From the sequence record LR756500.1: a DNA stretch of 64,000 nt. One strand, 5' to 3'. Position numbers and translations under genes: made by a program. Below the pieces are notes generated by a model. That model saw nothing but the letters and a program-made list of their open reading frames with translations, was not told the origin of the DNA and did no database searches. Shown one piece after another: positions 52,322 to 61,280 of the stretch (the stretch's first letter is position 1; each line of letters begins with the position of its first letter).

Positions 52322-53278
52322 TTATCTATTAAAAAACTCTTTTTCGTTATAATACAACATACTTAATCTAGTAGCAAATGTTTTATCAGATGTACTATCT
52401 CCTATCATTATACATTGTTTAGGATCTAACATATATTTATATATTAGATCTATACCCATTCCACTTTGAGGTTTTCTACAATAACAAATTTCCTTAGGTA
52501 TACTATGAGGACAATATTTATAATCATCAATAATATTATTCATTAAAGAATTTGTTTCTTTAATTATATCTTCAACGTTATCTATAAAGTGACCTTTATT
52601 AACTCCTGATTGATTAGTTACTGCTAAAATTAAAAATCCTCTATTTTTATATTTTTGTAAAATGCTTACGGTATTTTCTAAAATATATTGATCATTTAAG
52701 TTAATTGGATATTTTTCTCCACTAACTGTTTTTCTAACAGTACCATCTAAATCAATTAATAATGCTTTATTTTTTAAATTAGTATCCCAAATTCTTTCAA
52801 ATTCTGTAATTACTAATTCATTATAATCTGTAACTTTAGGCTTTTTAAATTCTTTTGAATACTTAAATATTGCTGGAAGAACCCAAACATTTGGATTATT
52901 TTTAAATATAATAGGAATAGTATCTGTATAATTATGAAAGCTTCCTGTAATTTTTTTAATTCTAATATAAGAATTAATTAATGCATCTTCTTTAGAAGTA
53001 TTCATTAAATGAAATCCTATTGTGTGTTTATGATATTTACAATTATCTATAAATAAATATCTTGTATTTTCATTAGGAAGAGTTGCATCAATTACTATTT
53101 TCTTAACACCGTCTTTTATATGTTTTTCATGAAGTGCAGCTAAATCTATCATAGAAATATTTAAGCTATCTCTATTTAAAATTAAATATCCTAATTTTTC
53201 GTATTCTTTTGAAATACTAGATTTTCCACTTGCTGGATATCCTCCAATTAAAACAGTATCAGTATTACAAAGTTTCAT
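52322..53278 (-). CDS. Polynucleotide kinase/3'-phosphatase (P-loop kinase + HAD domain)
   Basis: GYPASGKS, VIDAT, LIDLDGT, TNQSG, CRKP, IGD. Confidence 0.75.
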   Translation of the reverse strand: MKLCNTDTVLIGGYPASGKSSISKEYEKLGYLILNRDSLNISMIDLAALHEKHIKDGVKKIVIDATLPNENTRYLFIDNCKYHKHTIGFHLMNTSKEDALINSYIRIKKITGSFHNYTDTIPIIFKNNPNVWVLPAIFKYSKEFKKPKVTDYNELVITEFERIWDTNLKNKALLIDLDGTVRKTVSGEKYPINLNDQYILENTVSILQKYKNRGFLILAVTNQSGVNKGHFIDNVEDIIKETNSLMNNIIDDYKYCPHSIPKEICYCRKPQSGMGIDLIYKYMLDPKQCIMIGDSTSDKTFATRLSMLYYNEKEFFNR

Positions 53279-53428
53279 ATTTCTTTATATTTTTTGAATA
53301 GTTCATCATATAATGCTTCATCTAACTTTTTCATTTTAGTAAACAATTTACCAATTCCTGATTCAGCTTTTGTTTTAGTACCATTCTTAATAGCATTCAT
53401 TAAGCCGATAATCTTTTGTTCAAGTTCT

Positions 53429-53680
53429 TTAATATGCTTCATATAATTCAACAATATGTCCAATTTCTTTAAATTGCTTAGCTATTTCATTAGCTTCATT
53501 TATATCTTTTCTAAAAGATACTGTAATAGGTTCATTAGTATAATAAAGCTCATCATATATTTTTTTACATTCATATAATGAAAAATCAGTATTATCTTTT
53601 ATTAACCTAATTGTAAATAAAGGTCTTTTACCTTTTGTTAATAAGCTTACATTATATTTAATTTCCTCGTCTTCTTTCAT
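53429..53680 (-). CDS. Ribosomal protein L7/L12 C-terminal-domain-like protein (tentative)
   Basis: IRLIKDNTDFSLYECKKIYD...EANEIAKQFKEIG resembles the L7/L12 CTD pattern. Confidence 0.4.
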   Translation of the reverse strand: MKEDEEIKYNVSLLTKGKRPLFTIRLIKDNTDFSLYECKKIYDELYYTNEPITVSFRKDINEANEIAKQFKEIGHIVELYEAY

Positions 53681-54279
53681 ATTCTATATATAAATAATAT
53701 GATATTATCGTAAATAAAACCCAAAATAAAACATGATACAGATGTATCATAGTAGGTAAAAACGGCAAAGAAAGTGTTTGTAAAATTACTTCACTTACAC
53801 CAATTACTAACCACTTATTAAAAATACCTTTCTTCTTCCAAAAGTTTTTTAATTTATTCCAATAATAATTAAATTCTTTAATCATATTGTAAATATAATA
53901 ATAATGTTTAACAAATAAAAATGTAATACTTTAAAGAGTGTAGTGAAGCTGCAGCTTCTGTGGGTACTACACATTTTATCCACTTTTATTAAAATCTCAT
54001 AGGTTAACAACCAATCATTTGAGAGTTTAATATGTTATTTGAATTCTTTTTTTCCCTTTACATGAATCAAGAGAGCACTGTAAATTATAATTTTCAGTTT
54101 TTAAATAAAAATTTTCTTTTTTAATTATTTCTAAATTTATTTCTTGTTCATCATTAATTTCATTATTATTTTCATCTGGAATAAACCATATAATAATTAT
54201 AATCATTATCATACCAATAAATGTAATATAGTCTTGTATTAAAATTTTATTCATAATCTATTTATATATTGTAGCCGGG

Positions 54280-55098
54280 TTAATATCTTATTGTAAATAA
54301 AGAATAATCTATTTTATAATCTTTATAATATTCTTTAAATATTGGTAAATTTTCTAATTTTAAATTATCTAAATTTTTAAATTCATTTTTTTCTATTAAT
54401 CTTAAATCTATATTATTATATTCTAATACTTTATTCATTTTATAAATATCTCTATCTTTCATCCAGCCTTTTACTTCGATATAAATGTTAAAGTCAGGTA
54501 AATAAAAATCTGATGTATAAAACCTATTATTTAAATATTTTAATCTTTTTCTTTCCCAATAGATATTATTACTAGTTAACCATTCTGCAACTTTCTTTTC
54601 CCAGGTCCCTTGTACTTTAATATTAAATTTACCATTAAATACTTCATACCATAAAGTATGATGATCACCGTTATTTTCTAAAAATTTTATTCTACCTCTA
54701 CTTATAGATTCTTTATGTTTTTCAGTTAATGATATACCTATTCTCCGTTTAGTTGCACCTATAGATAATTTATTTCTATATTCTTTAGCCTTTTCTTTTC
54801 CTAATGCTTCTTCTAAAGTTCTTCCCTTTCTCCAAATCCATCCGTTAGTTGTAATACATCTTTTAATAGGTTCTTTCCCATTTCTATGAATTAAACAAAA
54901 TGAAAAATGTCCATTTAATGATTGTGCTTTTTCAAACTCTTTACCACATTCACATATATAAATATTTTTATCAACTATAAAATACTTACTTTTTTTCTTA
55001 ATAGCCTTTAAAATTATATCAAACTTATCACATTTAAATCCATATGTTGATAATCCTCTTTGTGTTTTAAATTCTTTTCCACAATTACACTTAAACAT
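54280..55098 (-). CDS. Homing endonuclease (two C2H2-like fingers, NUMOD3-like, PD-(D/E)xK)
   Basis: CNCGKEF, CECGKEF, VQGTWE, YTSDF...YIEVKG. Confidence 0.65.
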   Translation of the reverse strand: MFKCNCGKEFKTQRGLSTYGFKCDKFDIILKAIKKKSKYFIVDKNIYICECGKEFEKAQSLNGHFSFCLIHRNGKEPIKRCITTNGWIWRKGRTLEEALGKEKAKEYRNKLSIGATKRRIGISLTEKHKESISRGRIKFLENNGDHHTLWYEVFNGKFNIKVQGTWEKKVAEWLTSNNIYWERKRLKYLNNRFYTSDFYLPDFNIYIEVKGWMKDRDIYKMNKVLEYNNIDLRLIEKNEFKNLDNLKLENLPIFKEYYKDYKIDYSLFTIRY

Positions 55099-55160
55099 AA
55101 TGATATTTTTATTTTATATATCATTATATCTAGTCTAAACCAATTACCATTATGACCTTG

Positions 55161-55242
55161 TAACGAAGGAGAGATTCGAACTCTCACGCAATTAAGCATC
55201 AGTTCCTAAGACTGACGGGTCTTACCGTTCCCCCACTTCGTC
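55161..55242 (-). tRNA. tRNA-Leu(UAG)
   Basis: TCAGT-CTTAGGA-ACTGA, long variable arm, A73. Confidence 0.9.
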
Positions 55243-56367
55243 ATTTATATTTAAAACATTATACGGTCATCATCGGGTTCATATCGTGATTTATCAAATA
55301 ATACATGTATTGGACTATTACCATCACTTTGTATTTTAACCGTATAACCGGTTTGCTCTTTAATTCTATTAAACATCTTTTCCATTGCAGCTGGCATATC
55401 TTTAGTTGCTATACCTTCTATTTGATCACCAAATGAAATAGGCTGAACATTTCTAACTATTGGAAAACTCCATTCAAAATCCATAATTTTATTTTTTAAA
55501 TTGTATCAATTTCTGGTGAACCATCATTCATTGTTATAAAATAATAATCTCTCGCAAACATTAATGTACTTGGATCTTCAACCATTTTATTTATCTTTCT
55601 TACTGCATCGAGAATAATCTTTGGTACATTTGAAATTCTTTTATCATTAAAATTAATTACACTTATATTTGGATAATTCTTTTTAATATAATGTTTGTGT
55701 ATATCAGGATATGATAAACTTGAAAGATAATCTATATCCCATAGTTTACCTTGATTTTTTTCAGATAGACCTATAAGCTTTCCTGATCTCCATATTCCAA
55801 ATGCATTATTTCCTAAAATTAAAATACTTAAATAAACATTCTTTATATTATTTGAACTCATAATTTTATTTTTTAACTCTATAACATATTCCTTCTAAAA
55901 TATATTTATCTTCTTTATCTATTCTAATTTTAGGAGCAGGAAGATCTTCATATTTACTATAAATAGCTTCTAATACACCACCATCACATTTTTTATTTTT
56001 ACATTTAGGACCATTATAATTTCTTTCGAATGATGTCCACATTTCACTTCCACATTTACTGCATATAGCAGATAGTCCTATATCATATATTCTTCCACTC
56101 ATGACTTACAAATACTTAGATTACTTTCAAATACAAATGAATTTTGTTCAATTGCTTTTCTAATATATCTCATAAAAAGAATCGCTTTATCTTCATTTGA
56201 AAAAGTTGCATCTCCAATATCTTGAATAGGTACTGGAAATAAATATTTTTTATTATCAACATTTACATTATAATATAAATGTCCTGCTCTATAATATGAA
56301 AAATAAACTTTATTGTCTTTTATAATTTCTTTTATATTTGGTAACATAACTTTTTTTATTTAGTTTG

Positions 56368-56444
56368 TCCGCTAAGATGGATTTGAACCAGCATGTAACC
56401 AATTAACCTTTCAACCGGGTATCAGCCGGAGGGTATATTAGCGG
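56368..56444 (-). tRNA. tRNA-Ile(GAU)-like RNA with non-canonical arm order
   Basis: CCGCTAA/TTAGCGG acceptor, CCGG-CTGATAC-CCGG arm only 8 nt from the acceptor, D-loop-like AATTGGTTA placed 3' of it. Confidence 0.6.
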
Positions 56445-56455
56445 TTTATAATTTG

Positions 56456-56526
56456 CAGATCTACAAAGATTCGAACTCTGAAAGACGGGTCTGGAATCCG
56501 TCGTGTTACCATTACACTATAGACCT
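56456..56526 (-). tRNA. tRNA-Trp(CCA)
   Basis: ACGGA-TTCCAGA-CCCGT, G73. Confidence 0.85.
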
Positions 56527-56537
56527 ATTTAAATTCG

Positions 56538-56613
56538 TGGGAACTGAGAGATTTGAACTCCCGGCCTTAATTTTGTAAGAATTCTGCTCTAAACCAAACT
56601 GAGCTAAGCTCCC
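56538..56613 (-). tRNA. tRNA-Val(UAC)
   Basis: Loop CTTACAA, GGGAGCT acceptor, A73. Confidence 0.88.
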
Positions 56614-56632
56614 ATTTACACCTAAACTTTTG

Positions 56633-56716
56633 TACTACGTATGGGATTCGAACCCATGAGTTGTTTCCAACACAACAGTGAAAGTGTTGCGACCTAAACC
56701 TCTAGTCGAACGTAGC
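56633..56716 (-). tRNA. tRNA-Glu(UUC) with long variable arm
   Basis: CAACA-CTTTCAC-TGTTG then GTTG-GAAA-CAAC. Confidence 0.85.
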
Positions 56717-56738
56717 ATTTAAATTTGGGTGGAAGATG

Positions 56739-56822
56739 GGTACCTGATAGGATTCGAACCTACGATGTTTCTAATGTATAGAGCCACAATCTATTGCCTT
56801 CGGCCGCTAGGCTACAGATACC
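56739..56822 (-). tRNA. tRNA-His(GUG) with 14-nt variable region
   Basis: G-1:C73, ATAGA-TTGTGGC-TCTAT. Confidence 0.88.
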
Positions 56823-56845
56823 ATATTAAATATTTCAAAGAACAA

Positions 56846-56880
56846 AATAAAAAGGTTCAAATCTTGCGATTTGAACCTTT
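56846..56880 (-). terminator. Intrinsic terminator of attenuator 3
   Basis: AAAGGTTCAAATC-GCAA-GATTTGAACCTTT then T-rich; boxA-like GTTCTTTGAA at 56834-56843. Confidence 0.85.
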
Positions 56881-56910
56881 AAATATAGAATTATATAGTT
56901 AATGCACAAA

Positions 56911-56985
56911 TCACATAATATTAATGTTCACCTCTTCTAGAAGATGTTCCCAAATATGAATGATATGTACAGAAATTGCTTTCAT
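56911..56985 (-). CDS. Leader peptide 3, MKAISVHIIHIWEHLLEEVNINIM (24 aa)
   Basis: Manually translated; between promoter 57014-57043 and terminator. Confidence 0.78.
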   Translation of the reverse strand: MKAISVHIIHIWEHLLEEVNINIM

Positions 56986-57070
56986 TTGTTTATATATTAA
57001 AATTTTATTTGTAATTATATGCAAATATATATAAAAAGTTTCGCATTTACAAATTTATTTTAAATTATTT

Positions 57071-58135
57071 TTAACTTATTTTATTTTGAAGTTCTTGTAT
57101 ACCTTTTTTATCTTTAATTTTATTACCAATATATTCAAATTGTCCTCTCCATTCATCACTTGAACTGTATGATTCTTTTTCTGTAAGAATTTTTTTATGT
57201 TGTAAATAAATTAAAATCGCATCTGCTAATTCAAAAAGTTGTTGATATTTTAATTTGCCTTTGTATTTTCCGATAAATTGATTAGTTTTAACATTATTGT
57301 ATTTTGTATTACCATTAAGTATTTTAGCAATTGAAGTACTACTATGTGAAGAAGGCAATTCATATATAAGTGTAAGTATATCATTTATGATTTCTTTTTC
57401 ATTAATTGAAAGTTCCGTTTTATCAAAAATATATAATGATAGAAATTTTTGATAATTATTCCATGAATCATTGGAATGATTATATACCGTATTCAAATCA
57501 TAATTATCATAAGTATCAATTTTATTTAAATCAAACGATTCATAACATTGTTCTTTAATAAAAAATATTTTATCAATTTCGTCTTGTGTATGAATTTGTG
57601 TATGTGGTAAGTGTAGTCTATATAACATAGCATTAGTATCTAAGTTATTATCCTTTTGGAATTTTGCCCAAAAATCATAAAAATCTTGTTCCTTTTTAAT
57701 GTAATAATTTACGCTATCATCATAATGATATTTATAACCAGAACCATTAGGATTGTTTATATCTAATTTATATTTTGTTATGCTTGCTATAGCATCAGGG
57801 TTATCTAAAAAATGAGCTCTTGATATTTTATAAAAATCTATTCTATTGAAATCATACGTATGTCCAGGTGACCATGTTATTAATTCAATATTATTTTTCC
57901 AGAAAAATTGTAATCTTGCTGCTAATTTTCTTTTTTGTAAAGTTTCATATAAATTATTATCGAATTTAAAAAGATGTAATGGAACTTCTTTTCCATATTT
58001 ATCTAAAACTATAATAAGTGGAATTTTATTGTGTATAAATATTTTAGAAATTTTATACATTTGATCTCTATGAAAATATAAAGATTGTTGTGATGCTTTT
58101 AAGCTATCACCAGGCATAAGATATTCTCTATTCAT
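57071..58135 (-). CDS. Hypothetical protein with possible C-terminal RQC-like winged helix
   Basis: SSTSIAKILNG...FIGKYK. Confidence 0.3.
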   Translation of the reverse strand: MNREYLMPGDSLKASQQSLYFHRDQMYKISKIFIHNKIPLIIVLDKYGKEVPLHLFKFDNNLYETLQKRKLAARLQFFWKNNIELITWSPGHTYDFNRIDFYKISRAHFLDNPDAIASITKYKLDINNPNGSGYKYHYDDSVNYYIKKEQDFYDFWAKFQKDNNLDTNAMLYRLHLPHTQIHTQDEIDKIFFIKEQCYESFDLNKIDTYDNYDLNTVYNHSNDSWNNYQKFLSLYIFDKTELSINEKEIINDILTLIYELPSSHSSTSIAKILNGNTKYNNVKTNQFIGKYKGKLKYQQLFELADAILIYLQHKKILTEKESYSSSDEWRGQFEYIGNKIKDKKGIQELQNKIS

Positions 58136-58490
58136 TTAATAAAATATAAAAAAAGAACATAACTATATTAACTATATTATGTTCTTTTTAATTAATAAAA
58201 ATATTATTTACTTTCATCAAAATATTCTTTATGAATTTTTTTCTGAAGCTCAATAGAAGCTTTAACTTCTTCAATTTCTTTGTGAATTTCTCTTATTGAA
58301 GCGAAATTTAGAGTTTGATGTTGAAATGCAGTGTTTAAAGCTCTTTTCTTAATAACAATTTCTTGTTCTAAAGAAGATACTTCTTTGTTTGATGCTGCAA
58401 TAGCTTCTTCTAATCTTAGAGAAGCATCTTGATTTGCTGTTTCTTTATCGTCAGCGCTGATTAGTTTAAGGTACTTGTTCATAATAATAA

Positions 58491-59750
58491 TTATTTGGTT
58501 AATAAATTAAAAAATATATCAATTAAATGTTTTTCAAATTTTAAAGTTTTTTGTTTTGCATCACTTCTTATTAATTCTTGTTCTTTTATAAGAAGTTTGA
58601 AAAATTCCGTTTTTCTTAAATCAAATGCTTGTTCAGAAAGATAAATAGTTCTTTTAATATTATGAGATAGCAGCCCATTGTTATTAATTAAACCTTTAAT
58701 AGAAGCATTTAAGAAATATCCCTTTTTAGCTAGAAATAATCTAGCTTTTTCTACTTCATTTAGTTCTTTAGGTAAAAGTTCTCTTTCTTCACAACCTTCC
58801 GAGTTTTCAGCTAATCTACCTGCAACATGATTTATTCCACTAATTGTTTTAATGTTTTCAACCATTCCTTTAGGTAAAGATATAACTTCCTTTTTTGTTG
58901 ATTTAATAGATACCTTATAAGTATCTTTAAATTCAGATTCAACTATTCTTTTATTGCTTAAAACTTTTTTCCAAGAATCATTATAAGTATAAGCTCCAAA
59001 CCAATCCCATCTAAGATTTGCTTCATAAGTTTTTTCGATTTCATTACATACAGTAATTACTAAATCTTCTGGAAGAGATCCCGCAATTATTCTCACTATC
59101 TTATCATCCATATCCCAAGTATCTTTTACAATACGAGATTCATTTATTTTAAGATTATCTATATCATAATGAAAAATAGATGGAGCATTATATTCATAGC
59201 ATTTAATTCCTTTTCTGTAAATAATTAATTTATCTCCTCCTTTAAAAAGTTTAAATCCATTTCCTGTATATAATAAATCTTTTCGTTCAAATGAAAAATA
59301 ATAATCCCATTTATTAATAACTTCTTTTATAGATGGAATGATATCAATAAAAATACAAGTCTTATTATCTTCAGAATTAACTTCTTCAACAATTTCCCAT
59401 ATAGGATTTTCTTCATCTAAAGCATTACAATAAATTTCACGTATTACCATCCAAGGTTCCCATATAGTACCTCCCATATCAACACAAAAAGAAGTTTCTT
59501 TTCCATCTATAACAATAAATTCTGCATCTTCACCTCTAAATTTATGTGATGTTATACTAAAAAGTATTTCTCTATGACCAGAAAATGCATGAAATTTTAT
59601 TTTATTTCTCATTAACCAAGCAATAGCATAATTAAGACCACTTCCATATTCTCCTATTTTAGTGTCATCATTTTTCTTAGTAGAAAATCCTATTTTTTCA
59701 AAAGCTTTAGGTTCTATTTTACCTTTATTTGAAATTTTTAAGAATGCCAT
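58491..59750 (-). CDS. GHKL/Hsp90-like ATPase domain protein
   Basis: ISNKG, IGFSTK...IGEYGSGL, REIYCNALDE. Confidence 0.6.
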   Translation of the reverse strand: MAFLKISNKGKIEPKAFEKIGFSTKKNDDTKIGEYGSGLNYAIAWLMRNKIKFHAFSGHREILFSITSHKFRGEDAEFIVIDGKETSFCVDMGGTIWEPWMVIREIYCNALDEENPIWEIVEEVNSEDNKTCIFIDIIPSIKEVINKWDYYFSFERKDLLYTGNGFKLFKGGDKLIIYRKGIKCYEYNAPSIFHYDIDNLKINESRIVKDTWDMDDKIVRIIAGSLPEDLVITVCNEIEKTYEANLRWDWFGAYTYNDSWKKVLSNKRIVESEFKDTYKVSIKSTKKEVISLPKGMVENIKTISGINHVAGRLAENSEGCEERELLPKELNEVEKARLFLAKKGYFLNASIKGLINNNGLLSHNIKRTIYLSEQAFDLRKTEFFKLLIKEQELIRSDAKQKTLKFEKHLIDIFFNLLTK

Positions 59751-60659
59751 TTAAATTATATTTAATGAATTAATTATGTAAATATAATAAAAAAGAGTTT
59801 AATTAAAAACAAAAAGAGCATAATTAAAAATTACACTCCTTATTAATTTAAAATATTTTGTTTATTTATTTTCAGTTGTTCCTTTTGCAGATTCTTTAAT
59901 TTCCTCAAATTGCTTTTGTACTTCAGCATAAGGTATTTGTTGTAAATCAAATGCTATAATATGTATAACCTTTAATTCATTATCTATAGTATTTGTAAAT
60001 GATGAATCAATTATAGAAGTAGATAAATATGTTTGAATTTGATTATCCATATTTGCATACATTTTATAATGTTCTTTATTTGAAGATAAATTTTCATCCA
60101 TTTTTAATCCTAATGGAATTATTTTACTAAATAATAAAATACCAGTACATATCAAAAATGTTGCTAATAAATTATCTGAAGAATCTCCCCATCCTTTTTT
60201 AGAAATAATTAAACCTAAAATTAAACAAACTATCATAAATATAGTTTGTAAAATTATAAAATAATATAAATTAGCTATAAAAAAATCTATAGTTTTATCG
60301 TGTGAATCTGCTCTTTTTCTTATAATTTTTAGTTGATTAAATATTCTATTTAATGTATATTTATCTTCATTTTTTTTAGGATTAACAATATATCTAGCAT
60401 TAGATACTTTATCATAAATGACTACAGTTTTTTCAGAATTAATAGAAGTATCCTTTAGGGTTAAAATATTTTTATCACCAGATAATTTATCTGATTTAGT
60501 TTCAGCCATTCTAATAGTAATAAAATGAAATATAAATAACATTAATATTAATATAATGGCTGAAACTAAAACAAATCTTTTTTTAATAAAATTTATAACC
60601 TTTACATAATTCATAGAATTAACTATATTAAATTATATATTGATCATAAACCCTTTTAA

Positions 60660-61280
60660 TTAGTCATTTAATAAACTAGATTTAGATTTATATAATTTTT
60701 CTTTACTCATACCTCTATAATTAGATGTACCTTTACTTATAGTGGCATAAGCGTTATTTGTTCCATCTGCAGTAGCTGCAAAACACATAGAATTACTTGT
60801 TGACATTCCCATAGATTGTCCAGCTTGCATAGCATCTTGATTTGCTGCTAAAAATATAAATTCCCAATCACCTTTTCTTTTCTCTTCAATAAGTTTAAAA
60901 ATATTTTCTCTTGTGAATTCTCTACTTGCATTTTCTTCTCCATCTGTAAGAATAACACATAGATATCTATCTGCTTCTATTTGCATTGATTCAACTTGGT
61001 GTACTCCTTTTCCAATTGCATCATATAATGCAGTTGAACCTCTAGGTACAAAAGTTTTGTCATTTAATTCTTCTATATTTTTGATATCTTCACCATGAGC
61101 AATAAGATCATATTCAGTATCAAATAAAGCTATGCTCATCATACATTTTCCTTCAATATTTTTTTGATCATTTAAAAATGTATTAAATCCACCTATAGCA
61201 TCATTTTTTATAGTTGACATAGATCCTGATCTATCTATAATTGCTAATATAACTGTTCCGTCAAATTTTTCTTTTTTCAT
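60660..61280 (-). CDS. vWA domain protein
   Basis: IIDRSGSM, PRGSTALYDAIG, ILTDGEENAS, WEFIFLAAN. Confidence 0.82.
   Translation of the reverse strand: MKKEKFDGTVILAIIDRSGSMSTIKNDAIGGFNTFLNDQKNIEGKCMMSIALFDTEYDLIAHGEDIKNIEELNDKTFVPRGSTALYDAIGKGVHQVESMQIEADRYLCVILTDGEENASREFTRENIFKLIEEKRKGDWEFIFLAANQDAMQAGQSMGMSTSNSMCFAATADGTNNAYATISKGTSNYRGMSKEKLYKSKSSLLND

Noticed and set aside
26100-53410. Other ctgtaat hits (near 26102, 34233, 39288, 52803, 53400) as element copies
   Set aside because: Inside coding regions and lacking the AAG/ACT context and pairing partner.
53930-53975. Branched hairpin GTGTAGT/ACTACAC with GAAGC/GCTTC
   Set aside because: Single occurrence, compatible with a terminator or processing stem; no further support.
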